Shown here piece by piece: positions 18,467 through 27,703 of a stretch of DNA of 64,000 nt. Source of the stretch: a virus (lineage: Duplodnaviria; Caudoviricetes); IMG/VR virus record IMGVR_UViG_2933814219_000003, positions 17,103-81,102 of that record; one strand, given 5' to 3'. The position numbers and the translations under genes are program-made. The first letter of the stretch is position 1. Each line of letters starts with the position of its first letter. A model generated the notes under the pieces. That model did not search any database. It was not told the origin of the DNA and saw only the letters and a list, made by a program, of their open reading frames with translations.

Positions 18467-20013
18467 CAGGTTGCCTCCTGCACCCCGGCGAGGAGCTCGA
18501 CCTCGGAGAGGGCGCCGTTGAGGAGCGCGGTGACCTGCTCCTTGCTGACAACTTCCAGGGCAGCGGCGGCGCCGAGCTTCTGGGCGGAGTCCGCGAGGCT
18601 GGCGAGGATATCGACGCGGCGCTGAAGTTCGGCGTCGTCGACACCATCGAGCCACTCGTCGACCTGCTCCTGCCGGTAGCCGGTCTCCATCAGCGCCTGC
18701 TTACGGGGCACACCGTTGGCGATCTTCTCGCTGACGGTCTTCCAGCCCTCACTGTCCTCGACCATCGCGGCCGGCTTCCATCGGACGTCCACGACAGGGT
18801 CACTGAAACCCAGCAGGCGCAGGGCGAAGGCGTGCGCTTCGCCCCAGGTGGCCCCGAAGAGTTTCTGCCGGTCTTCGACCTTGTCGACGAGGGGCGCGTC
18901 CTTGCGGCGCCGGGATTCACCGGAGGGCTCGTCGCCGCTGATGTCGAAGTGGTGCGACGGGGTGTCGCTGACGTGGGCCATGGCCCGGACGTACCAGTCG
19001 GCGGGGTCGAGGAACGCCTTGGGGTCGGCGGCCTTGAACTCGCCGACGCCCTTGAAGCCGCGGAGCAGCCACATGCCACCGGGGTCGGCCTTGAGTGCGG
19101 AGTCGTCGCCGCTGTCGCGCGGACCGCTGTTCGGTTCGTTGGGCGGCCAGTCGTCGTCATCCCAGTCGCCGGGCTCCAGGTCCGACGTGTCGGTGGTGGC
19201 AGCTTCGGTGAGTGCGTACCGCTGGGGTGCGCCCTGGTAGTCGACGGTGCCCATATGGGTGGTGGTGAGCTTGGTGACGGCGTTCTGTGCCCCGTAGGCG
19301 TCAGCGTGCTCGGGCCGGCCGTAGGGGCGTGCGTTGCGGAAGTGGAAGACGGGGTGCTGCTCCCAGTTCCAGGTGTGCGGGATGAGCCAGGAGTCGGGGT
19401 CGGGGCTTTCGTCGCCGTCCGGGGTGACGAGCCACGGCTCCCAGTCGCCGGGTTCGGTGCCTTTGCTGTCCTTCTTGGTGGTCCAGCGCTCGACCCGGTC
19501 GTTGTAGAACAGTTCGGCTCGGCCGCAGCCGCGTTCGGTCCATCGCTTGATGTAGAAGTCGACTTCGCGGGGGCGGTCCTCGCGGTAGATGGCCCGCACG
19601 GTGGTGGGCGAGTTGTAGTACATCTCAACCCCGGTGACGGTGCCTTTGTCGTCCTCGATGGGGAGGACCATGAGGTAGCCGTCGCCGTACATGCAGGTCT
19701 TGGAGTGCAGGTCGGGGGCTTCGAGGGCGAGCTGGTTGTCGCGCCAGATGGCGGCGAGGGCTTCGCTCTGCGCGTCGTCGGGGCTGGTGATCGCCGCGAT
19801 CTTGAGTCGTTTCACGACGGCGGTGACGGGGGTCTTGGCGAAGTTGAGGCGGAAGTCGATGCCCTTCGCGGCGAGCGCGCGGCGGATCCTGCTCGACGAG
19901 AAGACTTCTTCCACGTCGCCGTCGTAGTACGCCTGGGCCTTGGCGTAGCCGGGGCGGGAGCTGTTGAGCTCCTCAATGCCCAGCATCAGATCGTCTCTCG
20001 ACCTGTCATCCAA
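18466..20013 (-). CDS. Portal protein (SPP1 gp6-like)
   Basis: YYDG, NFAKTPV, PSGES motifs; TTG start with GGAGG RBS. Confidence 0.9.
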   Translation of the reverse strand: MDDRSRDDLMLGIEELNSSRPGYAKAQAYYDGDVEEVFSSSRIRRALAAKGIDFRLNFAKTPVTAVVKRLKIAAITSPDDAQSEALAAIWRDNQLALEAPDLHSKTCMYGDGYLMVLPIEDDKGTVTGVEMYYNSPTTVRAIYREDRPREVDFYIKRWTERGCGRAELFYNDRVERWTTKKDSKGTEPGDWEPWLVTPDGDESPDPDSWLIPHTWNWEQHPVFHFRNARPYGRPEHADAYGAQNAVTKLTTTHMGTVDYQGAPQRYALTEAATTDTSDLEPGDWDDDDWPPNEPNSGPRDSGDDSALKADPGGMWLLRGFKGVGEFKAADPKAFLDPADWYVRAMAHVSDTPSHHFDISGDEPSGESRRRKDAPLVDKVEDRQKLFGATWGEAHAFALRLLGFSDPVVDVRWKPAAMVEDSEGWKTVSEKIANGVPRKQALMETGYRQEQVDEWLDGVDDAELQRRVDILASLADSAQKLGAAAALEVVSKEQVTALLNGALSEVELLAGVQEAT

Positions 20014-20112
20014 GGCAACCTCCAGCCCTTGACCTTCGATTCAAAGGATAACCGAGCCCTGTGAGATTAGAAGCTTCACCCGCACGCCGGATTATCCGAC
20101 GATTCTTCGGCA

Positions 20113-21657
20113 TCACATGTAGGTGGACTGCGTCGCCGACGCCGCCTTCTTCGCCGGCGGGATGAACCGACGGACCGCGGACCCGACGGCGTCGACCATG
20201 TCGTCGTGCGGCGCTTTCGGGAACGCGCACATCTGCTGCTCCAGATCGACCAGTCGACGGGCGTGGATCACCCGGCCCCGCTGGTAGTGATTCAGGACGC
20301 CTTCGGCCCGGGTGAACTTGTTCTCCACCTGCTGCACGGTCTTCACCTTCACCGGCATGTCATGCAAGATCGCCTTCCAGGTGTCCCCGCCCTGGTTGAT
20401 CTCCACGAGGATCAGGCCGATCTCCGGGTACTCGTCCAGGATCGCCAAGACCCGATTCCGGAGCAGCGGGCCAGGCTGGATCTTCAGCGACCACGCGTCG
20501 TGCACGGTGCAACGCCGGTGGCGCGCCGACCACGAGACGACACCCAAGGCCGTGAAGTCAGACTTCTTCTTCGTAGTCACCGCAGGATCGATACTCAGCA
20601 TCATGTGCGTGACCGGGTCGGGCCCCTCCTCTCCGGGGTAGCGGAAGTCGTCGGGGGTCCACAGGTCACCATCAGCACCCATGGGGTCGTTTGACATGTT
20701 CTTCGCGAACGACCGGGTGTGCTCGATCGATTCGAGGTAGGCGAGCGGCCATTTCGCCGGCCAGACGCTGCGCCTGGTCCCATCGCCGCGCTGGACGATC
20801 GGTGGGGTGTAGTGGGCCCGGAACTTCTCCTCGGTGACCCAGTCGGCGGTCTCGACGCCGCGGGCGTGCTTGACCAGCTGGTGAACGATGCTGCCGGGCA
20901 TGGTGACGGTCCCGGAGATCACGACCCGGGCGTACACGTTGAGGGGCAGGATCGAGTCGATGAGGGTGGTGCGGCGTTTGGATGCCTGGTCGGCGCTGTA
21001 GCTGGACTCGTCGGGCTCGATGTCGTCGCAGAGCAGGAGGTCGGGTCGCTGCTCCCCCACCTTCATGCCGAGGTTGGAGCTGTCGATGCCGCGGCCGGCA
21101 AACACGAACCCGGCCTTGGAGACGAACATGCTCTGGGTGTCGGCGACGTTCGTTCCGGATGGGCGGCGGGCCGGTGTGCACAGGTCGGCGAAGTCCTGGC
21201 GGAGGAGTTCGTTGGTGTCGATCTCCCGCTTGAAGCTCGCGAGATGAGTTTCGGCCTGGCCTGCGGAGGAGGCGAAAGCGGCGGCGAACTTGATGTGCCC
21301 GTGGGCTGCCGCCCAGAGCGGCAGGATGAGGAACCACCAGGTCGACTTCCCCATGTTCCTGGGGGCGATGTAGGCGTCACGTTCCTCGGACGGGCCGGTG
21401 ACGGGCCGGACCCAGCGGCGTGCGGCCCGGCACCAGTCGAGGTGGGCGTCCCCGAAGGTGATCTGCCCTTCGCTGTCGCGGAGGTGGTGGCGGACGTAGA
21501 CGAGGGCGAACAGCAGCGGGTCGAGCCGGGTGAGGGTGCGGCGCCCTTCGGGGTCGGCGAGGATGCGGGCGTCGAACTGGGCGAGGTAGGTATCCAGGTC
21601 GAACGTCTCGGCGTCGAGGCCGGCCAAATAGCCGCGGGTGAACGTCGCGGGCGTCAC
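20113..21657 (-). CDS. terL: Terminase large subunit
   Basis: Walker A APRNMGKST, LLLCDD, nuclease IDPA and HDDMVDA motifs. Confidence 0.93.
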   Translation of the reverse strand: MTPATFTRGYLAGLDAETFDLDTYLAQFDARILADPEGRRTLTRLDPLLFALVYVRHHLRDSEGQITFGDAHLDWCRAARRWVRPVTGPSEERDAYIAPRNMGKSTWWFLILPLWAAAHGHIKFAAAFASSAGQAETHLASFKREIDTNELLRQDFADLCTPARRPSGTNVADTQSMFVSKAGFVFAGRGIDSSNLGMKVGEQRPDLLLCDDIEPDESSYSADQASKRRTTLIDSILPLNVYARVVISGTVTMPGSIVHQLVKHARGVETADWVTEEKFRAHYTPPIVQRGDGTRRSVWPAKWPLAYLESIEHTRSFAKNMSNDPMGADGDLWTPDDFRYPGEEGPDPVTHMMLSIDPAVTTKKKSDFTALGVVSWSARHRRCTVHDAWSLKIQPGPLLRNRVLAILDEYPEIGLILVEINQGGDTWKAILHDMPVKVKTVQQVENKFTRAEGVLNHYQRGRVIHARRLVDLEQQMCAFPKAPHDDMVDAVGSAVRRFIPPAKKAASATQSTYM

Positions 21658-21659
21658 GC

Positions 21660-21899
21660 TCAGCCCTCGCCAACCTCGATGTCGAACTCCTCAACCTCCG
21701 TGTCGACGCGCAGCAGGACCATGCCGACCGGGGCGGGAACGCCGTCGGTGACCTGCCGGATGCGGATGGGGGCGACGATCTCGAACCCCTGGAGTGCCAT
21801 GCGGTCACGCATGTGCTGGGTGAGGGCTGCCCGGTAGCCACTGTCGTGGTGCAGCCACGTCGGGGCGAGGGACTCGTAGTAGTAGCCGGTGCGGGTCAT
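21660..21899 (-). CDS. Small protein between terS and terL
   Basis: MTRTGYYYESL..; ATGA overlap with terS stop. Confidence 0.6.
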   Translation of the reverse strand: MTRTGYYYESLAPTWLHHDSGYRAALTQHMRDRMALQGFEIVAPIRIRQVTDGVPAPVGMVLLRVDTEVEEFDIEVGEG

Positions 21900-22432
21900 T
21901 CGCCGGCCCCGCCCTCTTCGATGATGGCGGCCTCTTCGAGGGCGGCTTTGGCCTTGGCGGTGCGGATCATTTCCTGGAGCTCGACGTCCTGCTGGGTGAC
22001 CTCGACGACTTGGGCTTCGATCTTTGTGGTGGCGAGGCCGAGAAGCTTGTTCTGCGCTTCGACGGTCTTGGTGACGCCATTTAGGGCGCGGTCGACGGCG
22101 AGGGCGGGGCGCTCCTCGCCGTCCATCGCCTTGTCCCAGTTGGCGTTGCGGAGGGCGAGGTGGTCGCGCAGTACCCCGTCGAGGCGGTCGAGTTGGAGAG
22201 TTCGCCAGGCGTCGACTTTGGGGTCGACGCGCCGTTCGACTTCCTCGTAGAGGAGTTCTTTGGCGCTGGTGGCGCTGATGCGGTGTCCGCCGGTGGGGCC
22301 GTCGGGCGCTTGGGTGAGGATGTCGATCTGCCGATAGCTGAGGCCTTGGAGGCGGAGGTCGAAGACGATGGCGGCCCGTTCGGCCCGGAGGGCGGGGTCG
22401 AGCTTTCGGTAGGGTGCGGCTCCTGCTGCCAT
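21896..22432 (-). CDS. Terminase small subunit (putative)
   Basis: HTH LRLQGLSYRQI, KLLGL motif; first gene of packaging operon. Confidence 0.75.
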   Translation of the reverse strand: MAAGAAPYRKLDPALRAERAAIVFDLRLQGLSYRQIDILTQAPDGPTGGHRISATSAKELLYEEVERRVDPKVDAWRTLQLDRLDGVLRDHLALRNANWDKAMDGEERPALAVDRALNGVTKTVEAQNKLLGLATTKIEAQVVEVTQQDVELQEMIRTAKAKAALEEAAIIEEGGAGE

Positions 22433-22559
22433 CTCGACTCCTAGCCAACGATCCTTCGGGAAACTATCGACTTCACCATAGAATCGTAGGCTAAGAGCGT
22501 TCCTGTCACACGAAACCCCTCCCAGAAGTCTCGGAAGGGGTGTGTACCTGCCAGCGGCC

Positions 22560-22940
22560 TTAGTTCCCAGCCGTCGCGCACTCGTTGCACGTGAACCCCT
22601 TCGGCGGGACCCCTCGGCAGGTGGCGCAAGCTTCCCGTAGCAGGTCCAGCGGGCTGCACCCGAAGAAGTCGGCGAAGGCCATGAGCTGGTCTACGGACAG
22701 GTTGCGGTACTGGTTCTCTGGCCGTTTGCCGGCTCGTCCGATCTCCGAGAAGTGCACGACGGTCTCGGAGATCGGGAAGCCCGCCTCTGTGATTTTGGCT
22801 GCGAGTTGTACTTGGCTTAGGCCTAGGTGTTGGCGCCGGATCGCAACGTTGCGGCCGACCATGCGCGCGAACTGGGTGGTCGCTTCCGTGAGCGGGGATC
22901 TGCCGGGGCGTCGCCGCGGCGACTCATCTGCTGTGCTCAT
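22560..22940 (-). CDS. XRE-family HTH regulator with C-terminal CxxC-CxxC
   Basis: RRQHLGLSQVQLA HTH; CATC..CNEC. Confidence 0.75.
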   Translation of the reverse strand: MSTADESPRRRPGRSPLTEATTQFARMVGRNVAIRRQHLGLSQVQLAAKITEAGFPISETVVHFSEIGRAGKRPENQYRNLSVDQLMAFADFFGCSPLDLLREACATCRGVPPKGFTCNECATAGN

Positions 22941-23002
22941 ATCTACTCCGGGTTGCAGGGCCCGCCTGGTGGTTCAGGACGGGCCCAGGGTGGGGGTGGT
23001 GC

Positions 23003-23209
23003 TCATTCGCCGCAGTCGGCGCATTCGTCGTCTTCGAGGTCGAGGCAGACAACACAGTCGGCGTCGTCGATGCCGACGATGGGGTGGGTGGATACGTCGG
23101 TTCCGCAGAGGGCGAGGTCGGGGTTGCAGCAGTAGATGTGGTTGAGGTCGGGTGGGGCCGCACTGTCAGCTTCGGCGAGGGCCGTCCCGGTCTGTCCGGG
23201 CTGGGTCAT
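23003..23209 (-). CDS. Small Cys-rich protein
   Basis: HIYCC..ALCG..CVVC motifs; ATGA coupling. Confidence 0.6.
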   Translation of the reverse strand: MTQPGQTGTALAEADSAAPPDLNHIYCCNPDLALCGTDVSTHPIVGIDDADCVVCLDLEDDECADCGE

Positions 23210-23499
23210 CGCGGGGGCTCCTGGGTGGTGGTGTCGTCGGTGAGGCGGCGGAGCGAGGTGAGCGCTGCCCGGTCCTTGTCGGGGATCTCCAGGCCCCGGG
23301 CGTGGATCTCCTCTTCGGCTAGTTCCAGCGCGAAGCCGAGGAGCTGCCGCTCGATCTCGGTCAGCATGGCTCGGTCGGCAGGAGCGGGTCCCTCAGCGGC
23401 GAGGGCGCGCAGCCGGGCGGCGACCTGATGGCCGTAGAACTGGGTCACGTACTGGCCTTCGAAGTGCTCCACCGCGGCTTGCAGGGGGGAATCGGGCAT
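23206..23499 (-). CDS. Hypothetical protein (FALELA domain)
   Basis: AAGGAG RBS; C-terminus similar to 59393 ORF. Confidence 0.65.
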   Translation of the reverse strand: MPDSPLQAAVEHFEGQYVTQFYGHQVAARLRALAAEGPAPADRAMLTEIERQLLGFALELAEEEIHARGLEIPDKDRAALTSLRRLTDDTTTQEPPR

Positions 23500-23555
23500 C
23501 TGGGCTCTCCTTCGGGTTGTGGGCTGCCGTGCCGTACACAGCAGCCCAGGGGCGG

Positions 23556-23897
23556 TCAGAAGAATTCGCGGCGGTCGAAGGCGTATCCGCCGGAGGTGAC
23601 GTAGCGGTGGTCGTCGTCGCTGCGAAGCCGGGCCCGAAGCGGGTAGCCCTCCCGGCCGGTGGTCGCCTTCATCGTCTCGACCATTTCATTGACGGAGAGA
23701 TCGATGCCGCACTCGTCCCGGATGGTGACGTCGGGGGCGCGGAGGAAGTGCTCCCAGTCGGGGAGCGTCGTGATGCCCAGGGAGTTGTGGGCGCGGAAGA
23801 GGAACCGCCACCCGGCAGCGGTCTGCCCGATGTGGAGCCCTTCTCCGTCGGGGTTGCCGCCAGGGAAGGGGCCGAACGCGTAGTAGTTGGTGGACAT
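23556..23897 (-). CDS. Phage hypothetical protein
   Basis: MSTNYY..LHIG..AGWRFLF..DECG..REFF, a pattern typical of phage proteins. Confidence 0.7.
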   Translation of the reverse strand: MSTNYYAFGPFPGGNPDGEGLHIGQTAAGWRFLFRAHNSLGITTLPDWEHFLRAPDVTIRDECGIDLSVNEMVETMKATTGREGYPLRARLRSDDDHRYVTSGGYAFDRREFF

Positions 23898-23900
23898 GGG

Positions 23901-24014
23901 TCACTCCTCGTCTCGGTCGTATCGAGCGTCCCAGTACCGGTCGTCAGCCTGGGCGGTTTCGCGTGCGGTGTCCTCCCACGGCGGCAACGGGGCCGGGGCC
24001 GGCGGCGGGGTCAC
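23901..24014 (-). CDS. Small 37-aa ORF
   Basis: MTPPPAPAPLPPWEDTARETAQADDRYWDARYDRDEE; GTGA coupling; fills the gap. Confidence 0.45.
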   Translation of the reverse strand: MTPPPAPAPLPPWEDTARETAQADDRYWDARYDRDEE

Positions 24015-24421
24015 GAGGTGCCGTCCGGCGTGAAGCCGAAGCCGGCGGCGAACGCGGACACCTTCGGCTCCCCGAAGGGCGAGTACCGGGCAGCATCCAT
24101 GGTGGCGATCACGTCATCCCGGCCCATCAGCCAGGCGTACTCCCGCAGCTTGACCACGGACCGTTCGGCGGAGAGGCCCCGCCGATCCTCGATCTTCCCG
24201 AGGGCGAAGAGGTAGTACTCGCGGGCCTTGCCCTGTACTGCGGCCGGGTCGTTTGCGTACTTGGCCCACTGGTCGGCGTCGACACCGTCGTTGAGCAGGG
24301 GCTTGGCGTGCTCGAAGTCCAGGTAGGGCAGGAGGACTTCCTGCGCGAAGCCGAACATGTCGTCGGCGGCCTGGGCGCGGGCGAGGATGTCGTCTTGGCT
24401 GCGGGTCACGGCGGCGGTCAT
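24011..24421 (-). CDS. Phage hypothetical protein
   Basis: DMFGF..RRGLSAERSV; TGATG coupling. Confidence 0.7.
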   Translation of the reverse strand: MTAAVTRSQDDILARAQAADDMFGFAQEVLLPYLDFEHAKPLLNDGVDADQWAKYANDPAAVQGKAREYYLFALGKIEDRRGLSAERSVVKLREYAWLMGRDDVIATMDAARYSPFGEPKVSAFAAGFGFTPDGTS

Positions 24422-24786
24422 CAGTTCTCCATTCCGAGCGCGTCGAGGAGCAGGTCGGTGTCGACGGTGACGTTGCACTTGTCGCGGGCTTCCTCGACCA
24501 GCAGCTCAACGGCGGTCAGACGAGACTCGGCGGTCTCCGCACGCTTCCGCCACCGGGCCTTGCCGTCCTTGTGGTGCTCGATCAGGCGGTGTAGGTCGGG
24601 CAGGGTGTTCCGCTCCAGGAAGTCCACCTGGCCGGTCGCGTCGGACAGCTCCCCACGGAGCCGGTCGACCTCGGCCAGCAGCGGGCGAACGGCTGTGTAC
24701 CCATTGGCCATCAACTCAGCTACGGGGCCTTCGAGCAGAGACCGGGTCCGCTGCTCGTAGTCCGGGGTCATCGGGGTGTCGATCAT
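24421..24786 (-). CDS. Phage hypothetical protein (LLAEVDRLR coiled coil)
   Basis: AAGGA RBS; coupled to the next gene. Confidence 0.65.
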   Translation of the reverse strand: MIDTPMTPDYEQRTRSLLEGPVAELMANGYTAVRPLLAEVDRLRGELSDATGQVDFLERNTLPDLHRLIEHHKDGKARWRKRAETAESRLTAVELLVEEARDKCNVTVDTDLLLDALGMEN

Positions 24787-24843
24787 CGGGGGTCCTTCCG
24801 GTAACGGGGCGGGGGAAGTCCGCCGCAGGATGGGCAGTGGTGG

Positions 24844-25341
24844 TCAGTACGCGGTGACCTGGGTGCGGTAGGCGTGGATCGTCCGACCCCAGATCCAGGC
24901 GTGCCCGCCCGGGGCCGCCACCGCGGTCCGCAGCTCCCGCTCCACCGCGGCAACCTGGTCGGCCGGTACACGGCGTCGGACGGTCCCGGGGACGGTGTAG
25001 CCGCCGTCGCGCTCGACAACGCGGACCTCGTGGAGCGGCGGGACGGGCAGCACGGCCGGCCCGTACACGACGTAGGCGATGACCCCGAGGACGGCGTCGC
25101 CGACGGCGTTGACCGCGGCAAGGAGCCGGTCGGTGTCGGCGTCAGCCTCGGCTACCCGGGCGGCGAGCTTGGGGCGGGCCCCCAGAAGACTGGCATGGTA
25201 GGCGCGGGCGTTCCGGCCGGCTTCGAGGCTGTGGAAGCAGCCGTCGTCGATCTGGGCGGCGAGATTACTGATGCGCCGGTCGAGGTCGGCGAGCTCGGCG
25301 TGGAGGTCGTCGTCGGTGTGGAAGCCGAGGGTGTCGATCAT
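24844..25341 (-). CDS. Hypothetical protein
   Basis: GGAG RBS; GC3-biased frame. Confidence 0.6.
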   Translation of the reverse strand: MIDTLGFHTDDDLHAELADLDRRISNLAAQIDDGCFHSLEAGRNARAYHASLLGARPKLAARVAEADADTDRLLAAVNAVGDAVLGVIAYVVYGPAVLPVPPLHEVRVVERDGGYTVPGTVRRRVPADQVAAVERELRTAVAAPGGHAWIWGRTIHAYRTQVTAY

Positions 25342-25356
25342 CGAGTGCTCCGAGAG

Positions 25357-25695
25357 TCAGGCGGCGAGTGCGAGCCGCGCGGCCACGGTCTTGTAGGCGG
25401 GCTTGCGGGCCTTGTAGTTGGCGGCGATGACCGCGACCTGGGTGCGGGTGTAGCGGAGGCAGTTCCGCATGTGGCGGCCGGCGTGGGCGCGGCCTGCGGT
25501 TCCGAGGATGCCGAGCTTGGTGGCGACCTTGCGGAGGGTTCCGGCGACGGATGTGGCGTCGCGGTGGGAGAGCCCCTGGGCCATGGCGTGTGCGGCGAGG
25601 GTGCCGGTGCCGCGCCGGCGGATGCGTGCGGCGGCCCGGCTGGCGAGCTGGCGGGCGCGGAGTGTGGCGCGGCGGGTGCGGTTGCTGGCGATCAC
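25357..25695 (-). CDS. Basic Arg/Ala-rich putative DNA-binding protein
   Basis: First gene after the operator-containing promoter; GAGGGGG RBS. Confidence 0.65.
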   Translation of the reverse strand: MIASNRTRRATLRARQLASRAAARIRRRGTGTLAAHAMAQGLSHRDATSVAGTLRKVATKLGILGTAGRAHAGRHMRNCLRYTRTQVAVIAANYKARKPAYKTVAARLALAA

Positions 25696-25730
25696 GGGTC
25701 CCCCTCGGGTGGTTCGGCCCCTTGCTCGGG

Positions 25731-25834
25731 GTGTAGCTACACCTTAGACTTGGGTGTAGCTACACCGCAAGCCGTTCAGCTCAAGAATCTGTAGCTACAC
25801 CCGAGAGGACAGAAGATGACGCAGGTAGCTACAC
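25731..25834. promoter_or_regulatory. Divergent promoters with four GTAGCTAC palindromic operators
   Basis: GTGTAGCTACAC at 25731 and 25754; TGTAGCTACAC 25790; GTAGCTACAC 25825; leftward TTGCGG-18-TAAGGT; rightward TACGGT just before ATG 25852. Confidence 0.85.
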
Positions 25835-25851
25835 CTGGATACGGTCAGGGC

Positions 25852-26079
25852 ATGTCGCCGAACATGCCCAAGACCCCGCCGCGCCAGATCCGCATCGGCG
25901 ACGCCTGGTACGACTTCGACGCCGCCGCCAAAGCCATGGGCACCGAGCGCGCCGCCGTGATTCGCGAGCTCATCGACTGGTACATCCGGGAACCCGGAGC
26001 CAAACTCCCGGCACGACCCGACCGGCAGGTCGTCGACGCGGCGCGCGAGGCACGGGAGAGCCGGGGCGGCACCGCATGA
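25852..26079 (+). CDS. Ribbon-helix-helix repressor (putative, leaderless)
   Basis: PKTPPRQIRI..W..F.......ERAAVIRELIDWY RHH pattern. Confidence 0.75.
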   Translation: MSPNMPKTPPRQIRIGDAWYDFDAAAKAMGTERAAVIRELIDWYIREPGAKLPARPDRQVVDAAREARESRGGTA

Positions 26080-26651
26080 CCGGCTCGATCGACCCCCGTC
26101 GGCTCACAAACCTGTATCGGCTGTTCGACAAGGACGGGCGGCTCTTGTATGTCGGCACCTCCGTTGCCCCGCAGAACCGATGGGAGCAGCACGCCCGGGA
26201 GAAGCTCTGGTGGTCCTCCGTCAGCCGCGCCACAGTCGAATGGCACCCCGGGCGGACAGAGGCCATGGCTGCCGAGCGCGCGGCCATCAAGACTGAGAGC
26301 CCGCTCTACAACGACAAGGCAACACCAGATGAGGCCGTGTTTCCCTACCAGGGGAATCGCGGCCCGCGCCTGGAGACGCAGCTTCGCCGGGCAACAACCG
26401 AGCACCACACCGCTCTGGACCGCTTGGCTGTCATGGTGAACCGTGCCGCGCTTGCTGGCCTGTCGGTTGCCGAGATCGCCGGGGCGTCCGGCCTGGAAGA
26501 GTCGGATGTCGAATACCTGGCTCGGCGACTGGACCGTGGAGGCGGCGTTAGCGCCATCTCCACGCCGTACAGTCGCGAGTGGGCACGCAAGATTGCCGAC
26601 CGCATCGACAAGGAGCGAGCCACCAAGCAGGTCGAGGGGGAACAGGCGTGA
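26076..26651 (+). CDS. GIY-YIG-like domain + HTH protein
   Basis: LYRLFD..G.LLYVG.S....RW.QH...K.WW...E..AI..E.PLYN; C-terminal GLSVAEIA HTH. Confidence 0.75.
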   Translation: MTGSIDPRRLTNLYRLFDKDGRLLYVGTSVAPQNRWEQHAREKLWWSSVSRATVEWHPGRTEAMAAERAAIKTESPLYNDKATPDEAVFPYQGNRGPRLETQLRRATTEHHTALDRLAVMVNRAALAGLSVAEIAGASGLEESDVEYLARRLDRGGGVSAISTPYSREWARKIADRIDKERATKQVEGEQA

Positions 26652-27175
26652 AGACCGTCGCCGAGGTAGATGCGTTCGCGTTCGGCGCCCACGCCGACCA
26701 GTTCGACAAGATCGGCGTCCCGTACATCGAGCACGTGCGGGCCGTGGCCGCCGGCCTGGTCCCGTTCGGTGACGACCTGGTGATGGCCGGGCTGCTGCAC
26801 GACGTCATCGAGGACACCGACTGGACCGCCGAGCAGCTGCGCAAGGCGGGCGTGCCGTATTACGTGGTCGCTCTCGTCGTGGCCGTCACGAACGAGCGGG
26901 GCATCCCCTATCAAGAGAAGGTCGCCCGCATCACCAGGCGCGGGCGGGACGCGGTCCGCCTGAAGATCGCGGACAACGCACACAACAGCCACCCCGACCG
27001 GTCGGTCATGCTGCCCGAGGAGCAGCGAACCCGGCTGGCTGCGAAGTACCGGGCGGCCCGGGACATCCTGTGGCCTGCCGCTGAGGGCCGTGACATCGAG
27101 ACCATCGTCCGGATCGTCAACCCGTCGCTGCTCGACGAACTCCGCGAGCGGCAGAGCGCTGGGAGCTCCTCATGA
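26648..27175 (+). CDS. HD-domain protein, RelA/SpoT hydrolase (small alarmone hydrolase)-like
   Basis: AH..Q..K.G.PYIEH, LLHDVIEDT, KIADNAHN motifs. Confidence 0.85.
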   Translation: MKTVAEVDAFAFGAHADQFDKIGVPYIEHVRAVAAGLVPFGDDLVMAGLLHDVIEDTDWTAEQLRKAGVPYYVVALVVAVTNERGIPYQEKVARITRRGRDAVRLKIADNAHNSHPDRSVMLPEEQRTRLAAKYRAARDILWPAAEGRDIETIVRIVNPSLLDELRERQSAGSSS

Positions 27176-27471
27176 CCGACGCCTTGGCGGCCTTCCTCAC
27201 GGCCCGGTTCGCCGAGGAACTGGAGAAGGCCCGGTTCGCGAGCAGCACGGTCACCCAGGATCCCGAGCGGTTCGGTGTCGCCCCCGAGGACGCCGCCCGG
27301 CACGCCAGGTTCTCCGTTGCCGCGGCGGAGGTGCATCTCACGCTGCTGGAGGACACCGTGATCCCGTACCTGGGCTCGGGCGGGGAGGCCGGCCAGACCG
27401 CCGAGTACCAGCTGCGGCTCCTCGCCGCCCCTTACGTCGAGCACAGGGACTACCCGCACGACCAGGGCTAG
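27172..27471 (+). CDS. DUF6221-like protein
   Basis: AFLTARFAEE..LRLLAAPYVEHRDY. Confidence 0.65.
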   Translation: MTDALAAFLTARFAEELEKARFASSTVTQDPERFGVAPEDAARHARFSVAAAEVHLTLLEDTVIPYLGSGGEAGQTAEYQLRLLAAPYVEHRDYPHDQG

Positions 27472-27519
27472 TTCCGCAGATCACCCCCGCCGCCCCTACT
27501 CCCCCGGCAGAATGCCCTC

Positions 27520-27702
27520 ATGGCGAGGTTCACGGTCCACGGTGCGACGCAGCGCGAATGCCAGGACGCCCTGGACGAGCTCGGCCGGCTCCTGGACGTG
27601 ACCGTGACGCTGCGCCCCACGCACTCCCTCGGCGGCAGCTGGATCGCCCGTGCGACACAGAAGGCCCCGGACCAGACGGTCCGGGGCCTTGCCGTGCGGT
27701 GA
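27520..27702 (+). CDS. Small hypothetical protein
   Basis: 60 aa; CAGAAT -10-like hexamer 6 nt upstream (leaderless). Confidence 0.5.
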   Translation: MARFTVHGATQRECQDALDELGRLLDVTVTLRPTHSLGGSWIARATQKAPDQTVRGLAVR

Positions 27703-27703
27703 G

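Noticed and set aside
25731-25834. CRISPR-like array
   Set aside because: Repeats are only 10-12 bp with irregular spacing, overlap promoter elements, and no cas genes are present; better explained as operators.
26648-27175. toxSAS toxin-antitoxin pair
   Set aside because: Only the hydrolase-like gene is present; no neighbour shows synthetase motifs.
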